DNA of 64,000 nt, taken from positions 213 to 64,212 of the forward strand of contig CAWJBO010000005.1 in the NCBI GenBank assembly GCA_963841145.1, written 5' to 3'. The stretch comes from an uncultured Gammaproteobacteria bacterium (GTDB lineage Bacteria; Pseudomonadota; Gammaproteobacteria; Steroidobacterales; Woeseiaceae). The notes under the pieces are model-generated. The model did no database searches and was not told the origin of the DNA. It was given only the letters and a program-made list of their open reading frames with translations. Below, piece by piece: positions 22,353 to 33,730 of this stretch. How positions within the stretch are numbered: the stretch's first letter is position 1; each line of letters starts with the position of its first letter. Position numbers and translations under genes: made by a program.

Positions 22353-23432
22353 TTACCCGTTAGATTTTTCGAAGTCGGACATGAAGTCGATCAACGTATC
22401 GACCGCTTCTTCACTGACCGCATTATAGATGGAGGCACGCATGCCACCGACAGAGCGATGGCCTTTCAAATTGGTCAGCCCTGCGGCGCTGGATTCCTCG
22501 AGAAACTTTCCGTCCAGCGAACTATCGGCGAGGATAAACGGCACATTCATCCACGAACGGCAGTCCTTGTTGACCGGGTTGGTATAGAAGCCAGATGCGT
22601 CGATCGCCTCGTATAGCTTACTGGCCTTGCGCCGATTGACCTCACCCATGGCCGCAAGTCCACCCCGATCCTTCAAATACTGGAATACAAGATCCGCAAC
22701 GTACCAGGCGAAGGTCGGCGGCGTATTAGTCATCGAGTCCGACTCCGCATACGACTTCCAGGTCATCAGGTGGGCGTTATTCGGTCGCACCCTGTCCAAT
22801 AGATCATTTCGCACGATAACGAGCGTGATACCTGCGGGACCAATATTCTTCTGTGCGCCCGCGTAGATGACGCCGAAGCGGCTAACGTCGATGGGCCGCG
22901 ACAAGATTGTGCTCGACATGTCGGCAACAAGCGGTACGTCGCCACCCGGCACAAAATGAAACTCGACTCCGGCGATCGTTTCATTGGGCGTGTAGTGCAA
23001 GTAAGCAGCGTTGTCGCTGCGCTTCCAGGACGACTCTTCCGGTATGTAAGTGAAGTTCTTGTCAGAGGCGTCGGCAACTACCGTGGCATTGCAGAATTTG
23101 CCCGCCTCGCCAGCCGCTTTCTTGCCCCAGCTACCCGTTACGATGTAGTCCGCCGTATCGCCCGCGCCGGTCAGATTCAATGGCACCATTGACATCTGGA
23201 GCGTCGCACCGCCCTGCGGAAAGAGCACGCTGTAGTTGTCAGGAATCCCGAGCAATTCCCGGACGTTCGCCTCCGCGCGAGCCGCCACCTCAACGAAATG
23301 CTTGCCGCGATGGCTGACCTCCATGACCGTCATGCCGGTACCTTGCCAGTCGGGAATATCGTTACGGATGGTTTCGAGAACTTCTAAGGGCAGCGCCGCC
23401 GGACCGGCACTAAAATTGAAAACGCGCGACAT
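22353..23432 (-). CDS. serC: phosphoserine aminotransferase
   Basis: 359-aa ORF (MSRVFNFSAGPAALP...GAQKNIGPAG...GGMRASIYNA). Lies in gyrA-serC synteny. Confidence 0.96.
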   Translation of the reverse strand: MSRVFNFSAGPAALPLEVLETIRNDIPDWQGTGMTVMEVSHRGKHFVEVAARAEANVRELLGIPDNYSVLFPQGGATLQMSMVPLNLTGAGDTADYIVTGSWGKKAAGEAGKFCNATVVADASDKNFTYIPEESSWKRSDNAAYLHYTPNETIAGVEFHFVPGGDVPLVADMSSTILSRPIDVSRFGVIYAGAQKNIGPAGITLVIVRNDLLDRVRPNNAHLMTWKSYAESDSMTNTPPTFAWYVADLVFQYLKDRGGLAAMGEVNRRKASKLYEAIDASGFYTNPVNKDCRSWMNVPFILADSSLDGKFLEESSAAGLTNLKGHRSVGGMRASIYNAVSEEAVDTLIDFMSDFEKSNG

Positions 23433-23584
23433 GTCGCTATGTTCCTGTGAGATTTGGGAGGGACCCGATTTTAGGCCCGCTATTGTTACGGTTTAACTAC
23501 TCAAATGCACTAAGAGAATACCGTAAAGGAATATGGCTGGCGTGACGCTCAGTGGGCAGGCCGAGAGCGCACCAAAACAGTGCG

Positions 23585-26123
23585 CTATTCGTCCTCTTCT
23601 ATTCCCTCAATACGTGCCAGGCCAACGAGCCGCTGACCGCTTTCTACGCGAATCAGGCGCACACCCTGGGTGTTGCGTCCCATGATCGAGATGTCTTCGA
23701 CGCCGGTGCGCACCAGCGTGCCGTTCGAGCTAATGAGCATGATCTCGTCTTCATCTTCGACCTGGACGGCGCCAACCGTCCTGCCGTTGCGGCCTGTCGT
23801 CTGAATCCCGATCACACCTTGCCCACCACGACCCTGCAACGGGAAGTCTTCAACGAGGCGTGCGCTTTCCGTACCCGTTTTCAGTGGCGGTCAGGATCAG
23901 CCCGTCCCGCATGATGGTCAATGCGATGACTTCATGACCGGCTGGCAGCTTGATCCCACGCACACCCGCGGCACCGCGTCCCATTGGGCGGACATCGGAT
24001 TCCGGGAAACGTATCGCTTTGCCGTGGCTGGCAACCAGCAGAATCTGTGCGGTGCCATCAGTTAGCGCCACGTCGACAAGCTTGTCTTCGCCTCGCAGAT
24101 CGACAGCGATGATGCCGTTCGCCCGGGGTCTCGAGAATTGCTTCAGCGGCGTCTTCTTGACGGTACCACCCGACGTTGCCATGAATACGAAATGGCCTTC
24201 GTCGTACTCCCGAATAGGCAGCACTGCGTTGATTCTCTCGTCTTTCTCAAGCGGCAGCAGGTTCACAATAGGTTTGCCGCGTGAACCGCGGCTCGCTTGT
24301 GGAACCTGGTAGACCTTGAGCCAGTACATTTTGCCACGGCTGGAGAAGCACAAAATCGTGTCGTGTGTATTGGCGACGAACAGGTTGTCTATGAAATCTT
24401 CATCTTTAACCTTGGTTGCCGAACGGCCTCGACCACCGCGTTTTTGCGCCTGGTAAACATCGATCGGCTGAGCCTTTGCGTAACCACCGTGCGAGAGCGT
24501 TACGACTACCTCCTCCTCCGGAATGAGGTCCTCAACACTCAGGTCCGAATGATCCTGCACAATCTCGGTGCGACGCTCATCGCCGTAGTTTTCACGAATC
24601 TCGAGGAGCTCATCGCGAATCACCTGGATGAGGCGATCCGGGTCCGCCAAGATATCAGAAAGATCTTTAATTTTAACCAGTATCTCTTTGTATTCTTTAA
24701 CTATTTTATCTTGTTCGAGACCTGTCAGGCGGTGCAGGCGGAGATCGAGAATGGCCTGGGCCTGCACGGCTGACAGCCGGTACTCGCCGTCAATAAGGCC
24801 GCTGCCGGGCGCCAGCTCGTCAGGCCGCGTATCCGTATCGCCGGCGCGTTCGAGCATCCCGGTGACTTCGCCAGGTGCCCATGCCCGCCCCATCAATCCA
24901 ACCTTCGCTTCGGCCGGCGACGCTGAGCTTTTTATAAGCGCGATAACGTCGTCGATGTTCGCCAGGGCTACCGTCTGCCCTTCCAGTACATGAGCACGAT
25001 CACGCGCCTTGCGAAGATCAAATATCGTTCGCCGGGTGACCACTTCGCGGCGATGCGCGAGGAACGACTCGAGGACCTGCTTCAGGTTCAGCAGTTTCGG
25101 CTGGCCGTCGCGAAGCGCGACCATATTGATGCCGAAGACAGTCTGCAGAGCCGTGTGTTTATAAAGGTTGTTCAGAACAACGTCGCTAATCTCACCGGTG
25201 CGCAGCTCGATGACGATACGCATGCCGTCCTTATCGGATTCGTCACGCAACTCGCTGATGCCCTCGATACGCTTCTCGCGTACAAGGTCCGCAATCTTCT
25301 CGATAAGGCGGGCTTTATTGACCTGGTAAGGCAGCTCGGTCACGACGATGGCCTCTTTGCCACGTGCGTTGATCATCTCGATGTGCGTGCGCCCACGGAT
25401 GTGGACGCGTCCTCGTCCGGTGCGGTAAGCCGAGTAAATGCCCTGCGCGCCGTTGATGATCCCTGCTGTCGGGAAATCGGGCCCCGGGATGTGCTCCATC
25501 AGCCCCGGTGTATCGATCGCCGGGTTTTCAATCATGGCCAGGCAGGCATTGATGACCTCGGTCAGGTTGTGGGGCGCGATATTGGTCGCCATACCGACCG
25601 CAATGCCCGATGAGCCGTTGACCAGCAGATTGGGGATGCGCGTCGGCATAACCGAAGGTTCGCTCTCGGAACCATCGTAGTTTTCTACGAAATCGACCGT
25701 TTCTTTTTCTATATCCGCGATCAGCTCATGCGCGATCTTCGACATGCGCACTTCCGTATAACGCATGGCAGCCGGCGAGTCGCCATCGACCGAGCCGAAG
25801 TTACCCTGGCCGTCGACCAGCATGTAACGCATCGAGAACGGCTGAGCCATGCGTACGATCGTGTCGTAGACGGCCGAATCACCGTGCGGATGGTATTTAC
25901 CAATCACATCACCGACAACGCGAGCGGACTTCTTGTAGGGTTTGTTGAAGTCATTGCCCAGTACACGCATCGCATGCAGGACTCGTCGGTGGACCGGCTT
26001 GAGCCCGTCCCGAACATCGGGCAGGGCCCGCCCTACAATCACGCTCATCGCGTAGTCAAGATAGGACTGCTGCATCTCCTCTTCGAGACTTACAGACAGC
26101 AATTCCTGTGCAACTTCAGCCAT
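23585..26123 (-). CDS. gyrA: DNA gyrase subunit A, with one frameshift near the 3' end in this assembly
   Basis: The 757-aa ORF (23850-26123) is collinear with GyrA and ends ...[10 protein letters not shown]. The next frame continues with the expected sequence [24 protein letters not shown]...[11 protein letters not shown]...IEGIEEDE (ORF 23585-23839). The join lies at about 23853-23862, in acgcctc/gttgaagac. Confidence 0.9.
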
Positions 26124-26377
26124 AGTTCCTACTTTCCTGGATCAAAATCCGAGCGCATATCGGCACCCGGAGGTGCGAAATGTGAGCGGCAATCTGTGGT
26201 GGATTTGTACGGGATCAGAATCTCGATTTCGACGGCCCCAAATGGCGTTTTTCAAGCTTCGGATCAGGAGACAAATAGTACCACAACGAGCGTCTGAACA
26301 GCAGCGTTTTGGCGACAATTTCGGCGCTGAGACGCAGCGCTGGCGCTGCTCGCAGCGACGCGTATACTGCGGCGACT

Positions 26378-27736
26378 ATGCAGCATTGCGACACCCTGAT
26401 TGCGCCCCGCTGGTGCGTCCCCGTTGAGCCTTCCGGGGTGGTCCTGAGCGACCACGCCGTCATCGTTACGGACGGCCGGATCATGGACCTGCTGCCGCTC
26501 CCGGAAGCCCTGGAAAACTACCAGCCCAGCGTTCAGGTTCAGCGTCCTGATCATGTGCTGATACCCGGACTTGTGAATGCTCACACGCATGCGGCGATGA
26601 CGCTGCTTCGCGGTCTTGGCGGCGATTTGCCGCTCGAGCAATGGCTTCGGAATGCGATCTGGCCGACGGAGCAGCGCTGGGTCAGCGCAGAAATGGTCCG
26701 AGACGGCACGGAGCTGGCCATAGCCGAGATGATGCGAGCCGGCGTTACCTGCTTCAGTGATCAGTACTTTTTCCCGGAAATCGTGGCTGAGACGGCCGTC
26801 GACCTCAATATGCGGGCGATGATTGGCACCCCTGTCATCGATGTCCCGACCAGCTGGGCAAGAGACGCCGAGGAATACCTGCGCAAGGGCTCTGACCTCG
26901 TCCACGACGCCTATGCCTCGCATCCGCTGATATCCAGCTGCTATGCGCCCCACTCGTCAAGCGCCCTGTCGGACGAATCCTTTACAGAGCTTCGCGTCAT
27001 GGCCGACCAGCTGGATGTTCCGGTGCAGATCCACTTGCACGAAACGACAGCTGAGATCGAAGCGTCGGTCGCGCGCACAGGCTCGCGGCCTTTCGAGCGG
27101 CTCGAAGCCCTGGGCCTAGTGAACGCTTCTTTGCTCGCCGTTCACGCCGTGCACATGACGGATTCCGAAATTACTCGTTTCGCAGAGGCCGGCGTCAACA
27201 TTGCGCACTGCCCTCGATCAAATCTCAAGCTCGCGAGCGGTATCGCCCCGATCCGCCGCTACAGGTCGGCCGGGGTCAACGTCGGCATTGGCACTGACGG
27301 CGCCGCCAGCAACAATGTTCTCGATGTTCTCGCCGAAATCAGGCTTGCGGCACTCCTGGCAAAAACACAATCGGACGACGCCGCCGCGATCTCGGCAGCG
27401 GACGCCCTGCGCATGGGAACACTCGACGGCGCTCGGGCGCTGGGACTGGCACACTCCATCGGCTCCATCGAAGCCGGCAAGTGGGCCGATTTCGCCTGTA
27501 TCGACCTCTCGAGCCTCAACAGCCGGCCCGTCTATGACGTAATCTCGCAGATTGTATTCACCGCCAACGCCAGCCAGGTCTCCGACCTCTGGGTTGCCGG
27601 CAAGCATCAGCTGGACAACGGCAGACTCGTCCCCATTAATACGCAGGAACTGCTGGATCGATGCAATGAATGGCGCGATCGAATTGCAGCAACAAACGAC
27701 CAGGTAGCAAGGCCAAAAACTCATGACAATTCCTGA
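26378..27736 (+). CDS. mtaD: 5-methylthioadenosine/S-adenosylhomocysteine deaminase (TRZ/ATZ amidohydrolase)
   Basis: The start is taken at [15 protein letters not shown] (ATG 26378). Carries the amidohydrolase metal motif ([13 protein letters not shown]). The mtaD-ubiG adjacency matches Pseudomonas. Confidence 0.85.
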   Translation: MQHCDTLIAPRWCVPVEPSGVVLSDHAVIVTDGRIMDLLPLPEALENYQPSVQVQRPDHVLIPGLVNAHTHAAMTLLRGLGGDLPLEQWLRNAIWPTEQRWVSAEMVRDGTELAIAEMMRAGVTCFSDQYFFPEIVAETAVDLNMRAMIGTPVIDVPTSWARDAEEYLRKGSDLVHDAYASHPLISSCYAPHSSSALSDESFTELRVMADQLDVPVQIHLHETTAEIEASVARTGSRPFERLEALGLVNASLLAVHAVHMTDSEITRFAEAGVNIAHCPRSNLKLASGIAPIRRYRSAGVNVGIGTDGAASNNVLDVLAEIRLAALLAKTQSDDAAAISAADALRMGTLDGARALGLAHSIGSIEAGKWADFACIDLSSLNSRPVYDVISQIVFTANASQVSDLWVAGKHQLDNGRLVPINTQELLDRCNEWRDRIAATNDQVARPKTHDNS

Positions 27737-28436
27737 CAAGAATGTCGATCCCGCCGAACTCGCGAAGTTCGATTCCCTGGCATCACGCTGGTGGGACACG
27801 GACGGCGATTTCAAATCACTGCACGAAATCAATCCGCTGCGGCTTGGCTGGATTCGTGGGCACGTCGATCTTGAAGGACGCCAAGCGCTGGATATCGGTT
27901 GCGGCGGCGGAATCCTGGCCGAATCCATGGCAGTGGCCAAAGCTGTCGTAACCGGTATCGATATGGCTGACGGCCCGCTGTCTGTCGCGCGCCTGCACCA
28001 GCTCGAATCCGGCGCGAAGGTCGACTACCAGAAGATGACTGCGGAAGACCTGGCCGAAAAGGATGCCGGCAAGTACGACGTAGTGACCTGCCTCGAAATG
28101 CTCGAGCACGTGCCGGACCCGTCACAGGTCATTCGTTCATGTGCTGAGCTCGTACGCCCGGGCGGTCACGTCTTCTTTTCCACCATCAATCGCAACCCCA
28201 AGTCATTCCTGTTTGCGATCGTTGGTGCCGAGTACGTCTTGAAGCTGTTACCCAGCGGCACGCATGAATATGCAAAGTTCATCAAGCCGTCGGAACTCGA
28301 GAATTGGGCACGTCAGGCGGGCCTCGCGCTCGTCGAGAGTATTGGCATGCAATACAACCCGCTCACGAAAGAGTATTCATTCGCGGCTGACCTGGACGTC
28401 AACTACCTGATGTATTTTCAGCGGCCGGCCGCCTGA
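27723..28436 (+). CDS. ubiG: bifunctional 3-demethylubiquinol 3-O-methyltransferase
   Basis: 237-aa ORF ([10 protein letters not shown]...[15 protein letters not shown] motif...[14 protein letters not shown]). Confidence 0.93.
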   Translation: MTIPDKNVDPAELAKFDSLASRWWDTDGDFKSLHEINPLRLGWIRGHVDLEGRQALDIGCGGGILAESMAVAKAVVTGIDMADGPLSVARLHQLESGAKVDYQKMTAEDLAEKDAGKYDVVTCLEMLEHVPDPSQVIRSCAELVRPGGHVFFSTINRNPKSFLFAIVGAEYVLKLLPSGTHEYAKFIKPSELENWARQAGLALVESIGMQYNPLTKEYSFAADLDVNYLMYFQRPAA

Positions 28437-29122
28437 TGCAGATCCAGGACAATGCATTCGATCTCGTGCTTTTCGATCTCGACGGCACGCTTGCCGATAC
28501 GGCACCCGACATGGTCGCAACGCTGCAGGAAATGCAGGCCGATCACGGCTACGAACCGATCGGCTACGAGCTGGCGCGCTCAAACGTGTCGAACGGCGCG
28601 ATGGGACTGCTGCGCGTAGGGTTTGCTGACCTCGAGGACGAGCATCGCCAGACAATGGTCGACGAATACGTCGAACGCTACGCGGATAGACTTTGCGATC
28701 TGACGCGCGTGTTCGCCGGCGTGGACACCCTGCTCGACCGCCTGGACGAGGCTGGCTGTCCCTGGGGCGTGGTGACCAACAAGCCCGAACATCTGACGAA
28801 CCCGTTGCTTGAAGGGCTCGGACTCGCGGATCGCAGCGTCTGTGCCGTCAGCGGCGATACGCTTTCGGTACGCAAACCCGAGCCGGGGCCTATCCTCCTC
28901 GGTTGCGATATTGCCGGCGTCGACGCGTATCGATCGATCTATATCGGCGATGCCTCTCGCGACATCGAGGCCGGCCTGCGAGCCGGTTCGGCGACTATCG
29001 CGGCGGCCTACGGGTACATTACCGAAGATGACGACCCCCGGGAATGGGGTGCCGATATCATCGCCATCGATGCGGAAGAACTGACGCAAATCGTGCTCAA
29101 AGCGGTTAACCTTGAGCTCTGA
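28436..29122 (+). CDS. HAD-family phosphatase (phosphoglycolate phosphatase / MupP-like)
   Basis: 228-aa ORF with HAD motif I (LVLFDLDGTLADT) and motif IV (YIGDASRDIEAG). It follows ubiG, as mupP does in Pseudomonas. Confidence 0.8.
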   Translation: MQIQDNAFDLVLFDLDGTLADTAPDMVATLQEMQADHGYEPIGYELARSNVSNGAMGLLRVGFADLEDEHRQTMVDEYVERYADRLCDLTRVFAGVDTLLDRLDEAGCPWGVVTNKPEHLTNPLLEGLGLADRSVCAVSGDTLSVRKPEPGPILLGCDIAGVDAYRSIYIGDASRDIEAGLRAGSATIAAAYGYITEDDDPREWGADIIAIDAEELTQIVLKAVNLEL

Positions 29123-30405
29123 TGATCTCCGTAACCATAGACCCTGTTTACATTGAAGTAGGGCTGCCCGCACTCGCGATCGGTCTCGCGATCGGCGCAC
29201 TGGTCGTCGGCCTGGTAGGTCTGCAGCGTCGCAAGAAACTTATCGCGCAGATACGACTCACTGAGAGCGAACTCAAGAATCAGGAAACCCTGCAAGGTGA
29301 GCGTGAGGCCGCATTCGATCTCGCGAACGCCAAGCTGACGGCTGCTTTTTCTAACCTCGCCAATCAGTCTCTGCAATCCAATAGCGAGAACTTTCTAAGG
29401 CTGGCTGAGCAGAACCTCGGCACCCAGCAGGAAAAGGCCAAGCGGGAATTAAGCGAACGCGAGAAGGCGGTCGAGGCGCTGGTAAAACCGATCAGCGATG
29501 CGCTCGAGGCATCGCAAAAGCAAATTTCTGAGCTGGAGAAGGCCCGCAGCCAGGCCTATGGCGGCATCAAGAATCAGCTCGAGGCCATGCAGCTCGGCCA
29601 AAAGTCCCTCGCGAAGGAGACACAGAACCTGGTCAACGCGTTGCGGCGACCCGAGGTCCGCGGTCGCTGGGGTGAGATTACGCTGCGACGCCTGGTCGAA
29701 CTCGCCGGCATGGTCGAGCATTGCGATTTCAACGAGCAGGTTCATACGTCTGGAGAAACGCAGGCTATTCGTCCGGACATGATCGTCAGGATGCCGGACC
29801 AGCGCATGCTGGTGGTTGACGTCAAGACCCCGCTGGACGCCTACCTCGCCGCAGCCGAAGCACCCGATGACGCACAGCGAAAGCTAGGCCTTGAGCGACA
29901 TGCCAAGAATGTTCGTGCACACATTCGCATGCTGTCGTCGAAGTCATACTGGGATCAGTTTGACGAGAGTCCCGAGTTCGTGATCCTGTTTATTCCAGGC
30001 GACCAGTTTCTCAGCGCCGCGCTCAACGAACAGCCGGACCTCATCGAGTACGCACTCTCCAAACAGATCATCCTCGCAACGCCAACCAGCTTCGTGGCCT
30101 TGCTTAAAGCCGTCGCATACGGCTGGCGTCAGCTGGCGCTTGCCGAAAACGCCAAGGAGATCCGTATCCTGGCCGAAGACCTGTACGGCCGGCTCGCTAC
30201 GTTTGTTACCCACATGAATCGAGTCGGTCGCCAGCTCGCCAGCAGCGTTGAGAACTACAACAAGGCGGTGGGATCGCTGGAACGCAACGTGCTGCCAGGC
30301 GCCCGCAAATTTGTAGAGCTGGGCGCGCACGCCAGGAAGGAAGTCGAGCCCCTGGAGAGGCTGGAGTCGGTACCGAGGACCATGTCGGAAGAAATTGAGT
30401 CGTAG
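29122..30405 (+). CDS. rmuC: DNA recombination protein RmuC
   Basis: 427-aa ORF with an N-terminal TM helix, a coiled coil, and the RmuC nuclease-like C-terminal region (RPDMIVRMPDQRMLVVDVKTPL...FVILFIPGDQF). Confidence 0.88.
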   Translation: MISVTIDPVYIEVGLPALAIGLAIGALVVGLVGLQRRKKLIAQIRLTESELKNQETLQGEREAAFDLANAKLTAAFSNLANQSLQSNSENFLRLAEQNLGTQQEKAKRELSEREKAVEALVKPISDALEASQKQISELEKARSQAYGGIKNQLEAMQLGQKSLAKETQNLVNALRRPEVRGRWGEITLRRLVELAGMVEHCDFNEQVHTSGETQAIRPDMIVRMPDQRMLVVDVKTPLDAYLAAAEAPDDAQRKLGLERHAKNVRAHIRMLSSKSYWDQFDESPEFVILFIPGDQFLSAALNEQPDLIEYALSKQIILATPTSFVALLKAVAYGWRQLALAENAKEIRILAEDLYGRLATFVTHMNRVGRQLASSVENYNKAVGSLERNVLPGARKFVELGAHARKEVEPLERLESVPRTMSEEIES

Positions 30406-30407
30406 CG

Positions 30408-31157
30408 ATGGACCCAAGAACCTACGAATACGCCGGCGATGTGCTGAAGGATCGAATTATCCTCATAACCGGGGCTACGGACGGTATCGGCAGGGCGCTG
30501 GCGGTGCATGCTGCAAACCTCGGGGCCCAGGTGATTCTGCACGGCAGGAACGTAAACAAGCTGGAGAAGGTCTACGACACGCTGGACGCCATTGAGGGCG
30601 CGCCTCGACCGTCGATCGCCGTTCTCGATCTCGCATCCGCCAACAGCGAGTCCTATATCTCGCTTGCGAGCAGCGTCGAGCAGGAGTTTGGCCGGCTGGA
30701 TGGCCTCGTATTGAACGCCAGCATGCTGGGCGAACGGTACTCGATCGAGCAGTACGACGCGGTCCTTTGGCAGCGTGTCATGCACGTCAATGTGACTGCG
30801 GCATTTGCCCTGACTCAGGTCCTGCTGCCGATGCTTCACAACTCCGACGACCCCTCTGTCATCTACACGAGCAGCGGCGTTGGTCGCACGGGAAAGGCAT
30901 TCTGGGGTGCCTACGCCGTGTCGAAATTCGCGACCGAGGGCTTGTCCCAGGTACTCGCTGACGAGCATCGTCAGGGGAAGCTGCGAGCCAACTGCGTCAA
31001 CCCCGGGCCGACGCGCACCGGAATGCGGCTGGCGGCTTACCCGGCCGAGGATCGGGGTAAGCTGAAGGGCCCCGAGGAGGTGCTCGCTCCCTACGTTTAC
31101 CTGCTGGGCGCTGACAGTAAGGGTGTAACCGGCCAGAGCTTCGACGCACAGCAATAA
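30408..31157 (+). CDS. YciK-family SDR oxidoreductase
   Basis: 249-aa ORF with TGATDGIGRA Rossmann and YAVSKFA catalytic motifs. Confidence 0.85.
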   Translation: MDPRTYEYAGDVLKDRIILITGATDGIGRALAVHAANLGAQVILHGRNVNKLEKVYDTLDAIEGAPRPSIAVLDLASANSESYISLASSVEQEFGRLDGLVLNASMLGERYSIEQYDAVLWQRVMHVNVTAAFALTQVLLPMLHNSDDPSVIYTSSGVGRTGKAFWGAYAVSKFATEGLSQVLADEHRQGKLRANCVNPGPTRTGMRLAAYPAEDRGKLKGPEEVLAPYVYLLGADSKGVTGQSFDAQQ

Positions 31158-31185
31158 TTCACATTAAGTACGCGTCCTAAGCTCA

Positions 31186-31970
31186 TTATTTTTTAAACTT
31201 TTGTTTGCGCTTTTTTGCCGCATACACATCGGCTGGCGGTTGCAGGCCTGCGGCATGGTACAAGGTTCGCACCTGCGCCGGGGCCAGTGCCTCGTAGCGA
31301 CCGCGACGCACTTTTCGCGGCAGCGCCACCGGACCGTAGGCCGTGCGGATAAGTCGGCTGACCTCATAGCCGATCGCTTCCCACAGTCGCCGAACCTCAC
31401 GATTACGCCCCTCCTTAAGAGTGACGTTGAACCAGCGATTCGCGCCGTCTCCACCGGCGTGCTCGATTGAGTCAAAACGAGCCGGACCATCGGCTAGCTC
31501 GACCCCTGCCTCAAGACGTTCCAGCTCCGCCCGTGCGGACTGCCATGCACGCGCACGGCGTACTCGCGGACGATCTCGGAGGAAGGATGCATCAGCGCAT
31601 TCGCCAGTGCCCCATCGGTCGTGAAAAGAAGCAGACCAGTTGTCGCCAGATCCAGCCGCCCGACCGCCACCCAGCGGGCGCCCTTCAGCTTCGGCAGGGC
31701 ATCGAATACAAGTTTCCGGCCCTCTGGGTCCTCGCGACTCGTAACTTCGTCGCCGGGCTTGTTGTAGAGGATATGGCGATGCGCATGGGCAGCGTGCTTC
31801 AGAGACAGCGGACGCCCGTCGAGCGTGATTCTCTCGCTTCCCTCGATCGATTCGCCGAGCTGCACGTCACGGCCGTCGATCTTGAGTCGCCCTTCCCTGA
31901 TCCAGGTTTCGACTTTACGACGTGAGCCATGGCCTGCGGCCGCCAGGACTTTCTGAATTCGGTCAGCCAA
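31186..31970 (-). CDS. rluB: 23S rRNA pseudouridine(2605) synthase RluB, with one frameshift in this assembly
   Basis: The S4 domain and catalytic region are in the frame of the track ORF ([20 protein letters not shown]...[20 protein letters not shown]...REYAVRVHG). By my translation the C-terminus is in another frame ([71 protein letters not shown]...KKRKQKFKK, stop 31186-31188). The candidate TTG start at 31970 is uncertain. Confidence 0.8.
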
Positions 31971-32757
31971 CCGGGTCAGGCCACTCGGAAACCACCAGCT
32001 CCTCGATTTTTTCTTCTTTTTCGGCGTGACCTTCGGGGAACAGGACTGGAACATCGTTGGCGGCCGGCGCGACTTGATCCGCCATTTCCGGGAGCGCTTC
32101 CTCTTCGATAGCTCCCAGGTCGGGCAGGTCCTCCCCATCTTGCTCCTCCACGGGTCCCTCCAGGAGCACATCCTCACCGCTTTCCGACTGGCCCTCGACC
32201 TCTGGAAGGTTCAGCTGCACGCGCAAGCTCTCCCAGTCGGAGAGGTCTGCCAGTGGCGGCAGGTCATCAAGTTTCTTCAAACCGAAGTAGTCCAGAAAGA
32301 CCTTGGTCGTGCCGAACATCGCTGGACGACCAGGGACATCACGATGCCCCAAAACCCGGACCCAGTCGCGCTCAAGCAACTGCCGTACAATGTTCGAGCT
32401 GACTGCGACTCCGCGTATCTCTTCGATCTCGCCGCGAGTGATGGGCTGGCGATAAGCGATGAGCGCCAGGGTCTCAAACAACGCCCTGGAGTAGCGCGGT
32501 GGACGCTCCTCCCAGAGCTTCTGCAGTCTGTCTGACATCGACGTCTTGATTTGCATGCGAAAGCCGGAAGCGACCTCAGACACAACGATGCCACGCTGGT
32601 CGTAGTCGTCGTTCAGCGCCGCTACTGCCGCCCGTATTTCAGCCTTTTCCGGCGTCATACGACCGTCAAAAAGTCCTTGGAGCTGATCGACGTTTAGCGG
32701 ACGCCCTGCTGCCAGCAGGGCCGCTTCTACAAAGTACTTAATCTCAGTTTGTTCCAT
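31963..32757 (-). CDS. scpB: SMC-Scp complex subunit ScpB
   Basis: 264-aa ORF with the winged-helix ScpB core ([26 protein letters not shown]) and an acidic tail. Lies downstream of scpA. Confidence 0.9.
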   Translation of the reverse strand: MEQTEIKYFVEAALLAAGRPLNVDQLQGLFDGRMTPEKAEIRAAVAALNDDYDQRGIVVSEVASGFRMQIKTSMSDRLQKLWEERPPRYSRALFETLALIAYRQPITRGEIEEIRGVAVSSNIVRQLLERDWVRVLGHRDVPGRPAMFGTTKVFLDYFGLKKLDDLPPLADLSDWESLRVQLNLPEVEGQSESGEDVLLEGPVEEQDGEDLPDLGAIEEEALPEMADQVAPAANDVPVLFPEGHAEKEEKIEELVVSEWPDPVG

Positions 32758-32811
32758 TCAAAAATATCTTTTTATTCAAAGTCATCGTTCTGCGCGCCGG
32801 TCTCCTGACCG

Positions 32812-33684
32812 TCATCCGGACACCAGCCGCACCGCCGATGCCGCACGCACATGCAGCGGCGCGTACTCTCCGGACTGAACCACCTCGACGACCGATTCAC
32901 GCAGCAGCTCAAGCACTGCGATAAAGGTAACAGCGACACCCATGCGGCCCTCCTCCGGGTCGAACAGGTCGGCAAAGCTCGTGAACGTATTTGCCTTAAC
33001 TCGCGAGAGGATTTCACTCATCCGCTGCCGAACTGACAATGGCTCGCGCGCCATTTGCAGGTTGGAGAACATCTCTGCTCGTTGTAATACATCGTGAAAC
33101 GCAAGCAGCAGCTCTTTCAACGTGACATCCGGCAGCTTGGTCACGACCTTGCGCTCCGGCGCATCAGCCGTGGCAACGAACACATCGCGCTCAAGCCGCG
33201 GCAGATCACCGATGTCTTCGGCGGCTTTTTTGTAACGTTCGTATTCCTGCAATCGCCGCACCAGCTCCGCACGCGGATCGTCTTCTTCCTCCGCCTCGAC
33301 CTGAGGCCTCGGCAACAGCATCCGTGATTTGATCTCGGCCAGCATCGCCGCCATCAGCAGATACTCACCGGCGAGCTCCAACTGCAACTCGTGCATCAGC
33401 TCAATGTACTGCACGTACTGTTTTGTAATCTCCGCAATTGGGATATTCAGGATGTCGATGTTCTGGCGCCGGATCAGGTACAGCAAAAGATCAAGCGGCC
33501 CCTCAAAGGCCTCCAGGAAGACTTGCAGCGCGTAGGGCGGTATGTAGAGGTCTTGCGGGAGCGTCGTAACGGGCTCGCCGTCCACGACCGCAAACGGCAT
33601 CTCGGCCTGGGCAGGGGACTGTTTTTCGTCCTGAGCGGGCTTTGGTGCATCCTCAGGGGTCAGGACTTTCAGTTCGGGCTTCAT
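32812..33684 (-). CDS. scpA: segregation and condensation protein A (kleisin)
   Basis: 290-aa ORF (FEGPLDLLLYLIRRQNIDILNIPIAEITKQY). Confidence 0.9.
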   Translation of the reverse strand: MKPELKVLTPEDAPKPAQDEKQSPAQAEMPFAVVDGEPVTTLPQDLYIPPYALQVFLEAFEGPLDLLLYLIRRQNIDILNIPIAEITKQYVQYIELMHELQLELAGEYLLMAAMLAEIKSRMLLPRPQVEAEEEDDPRAELVRRLQEYERYKKAAEDIGDLPRLERDVFVATADAPERKVVTKLPDVTLKELLLAFHDVLQRAEMFSNLQMAREPLSVRQRMSEILSRVKANTFTSFADLFDPEEGRMGVAVTFIAVLELLRESVVEVVQSGEYAPLHVRAASAVRLVSG

Positions 33685-33730
33685 ACGTTTTCCAGCGTCG
33701 ATTCTTTCATTCTATCGCATATCCCGAGGG

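Noticed and set aside
26264-26953. 229-aa minus-strand ORF
   Set aside because: It is antisense to the well-conserved mtaD amidohydrolase. High-GC genomes commonly give long antisense ORFs. The same applies to 30255-31154 (antisense to yciK-like SDR), 20200-21084 (antisense to pheA), 16699-17622 (antisense to rpsA), 10571-11401 (antisense to the aminotransferase) and similar track entries.
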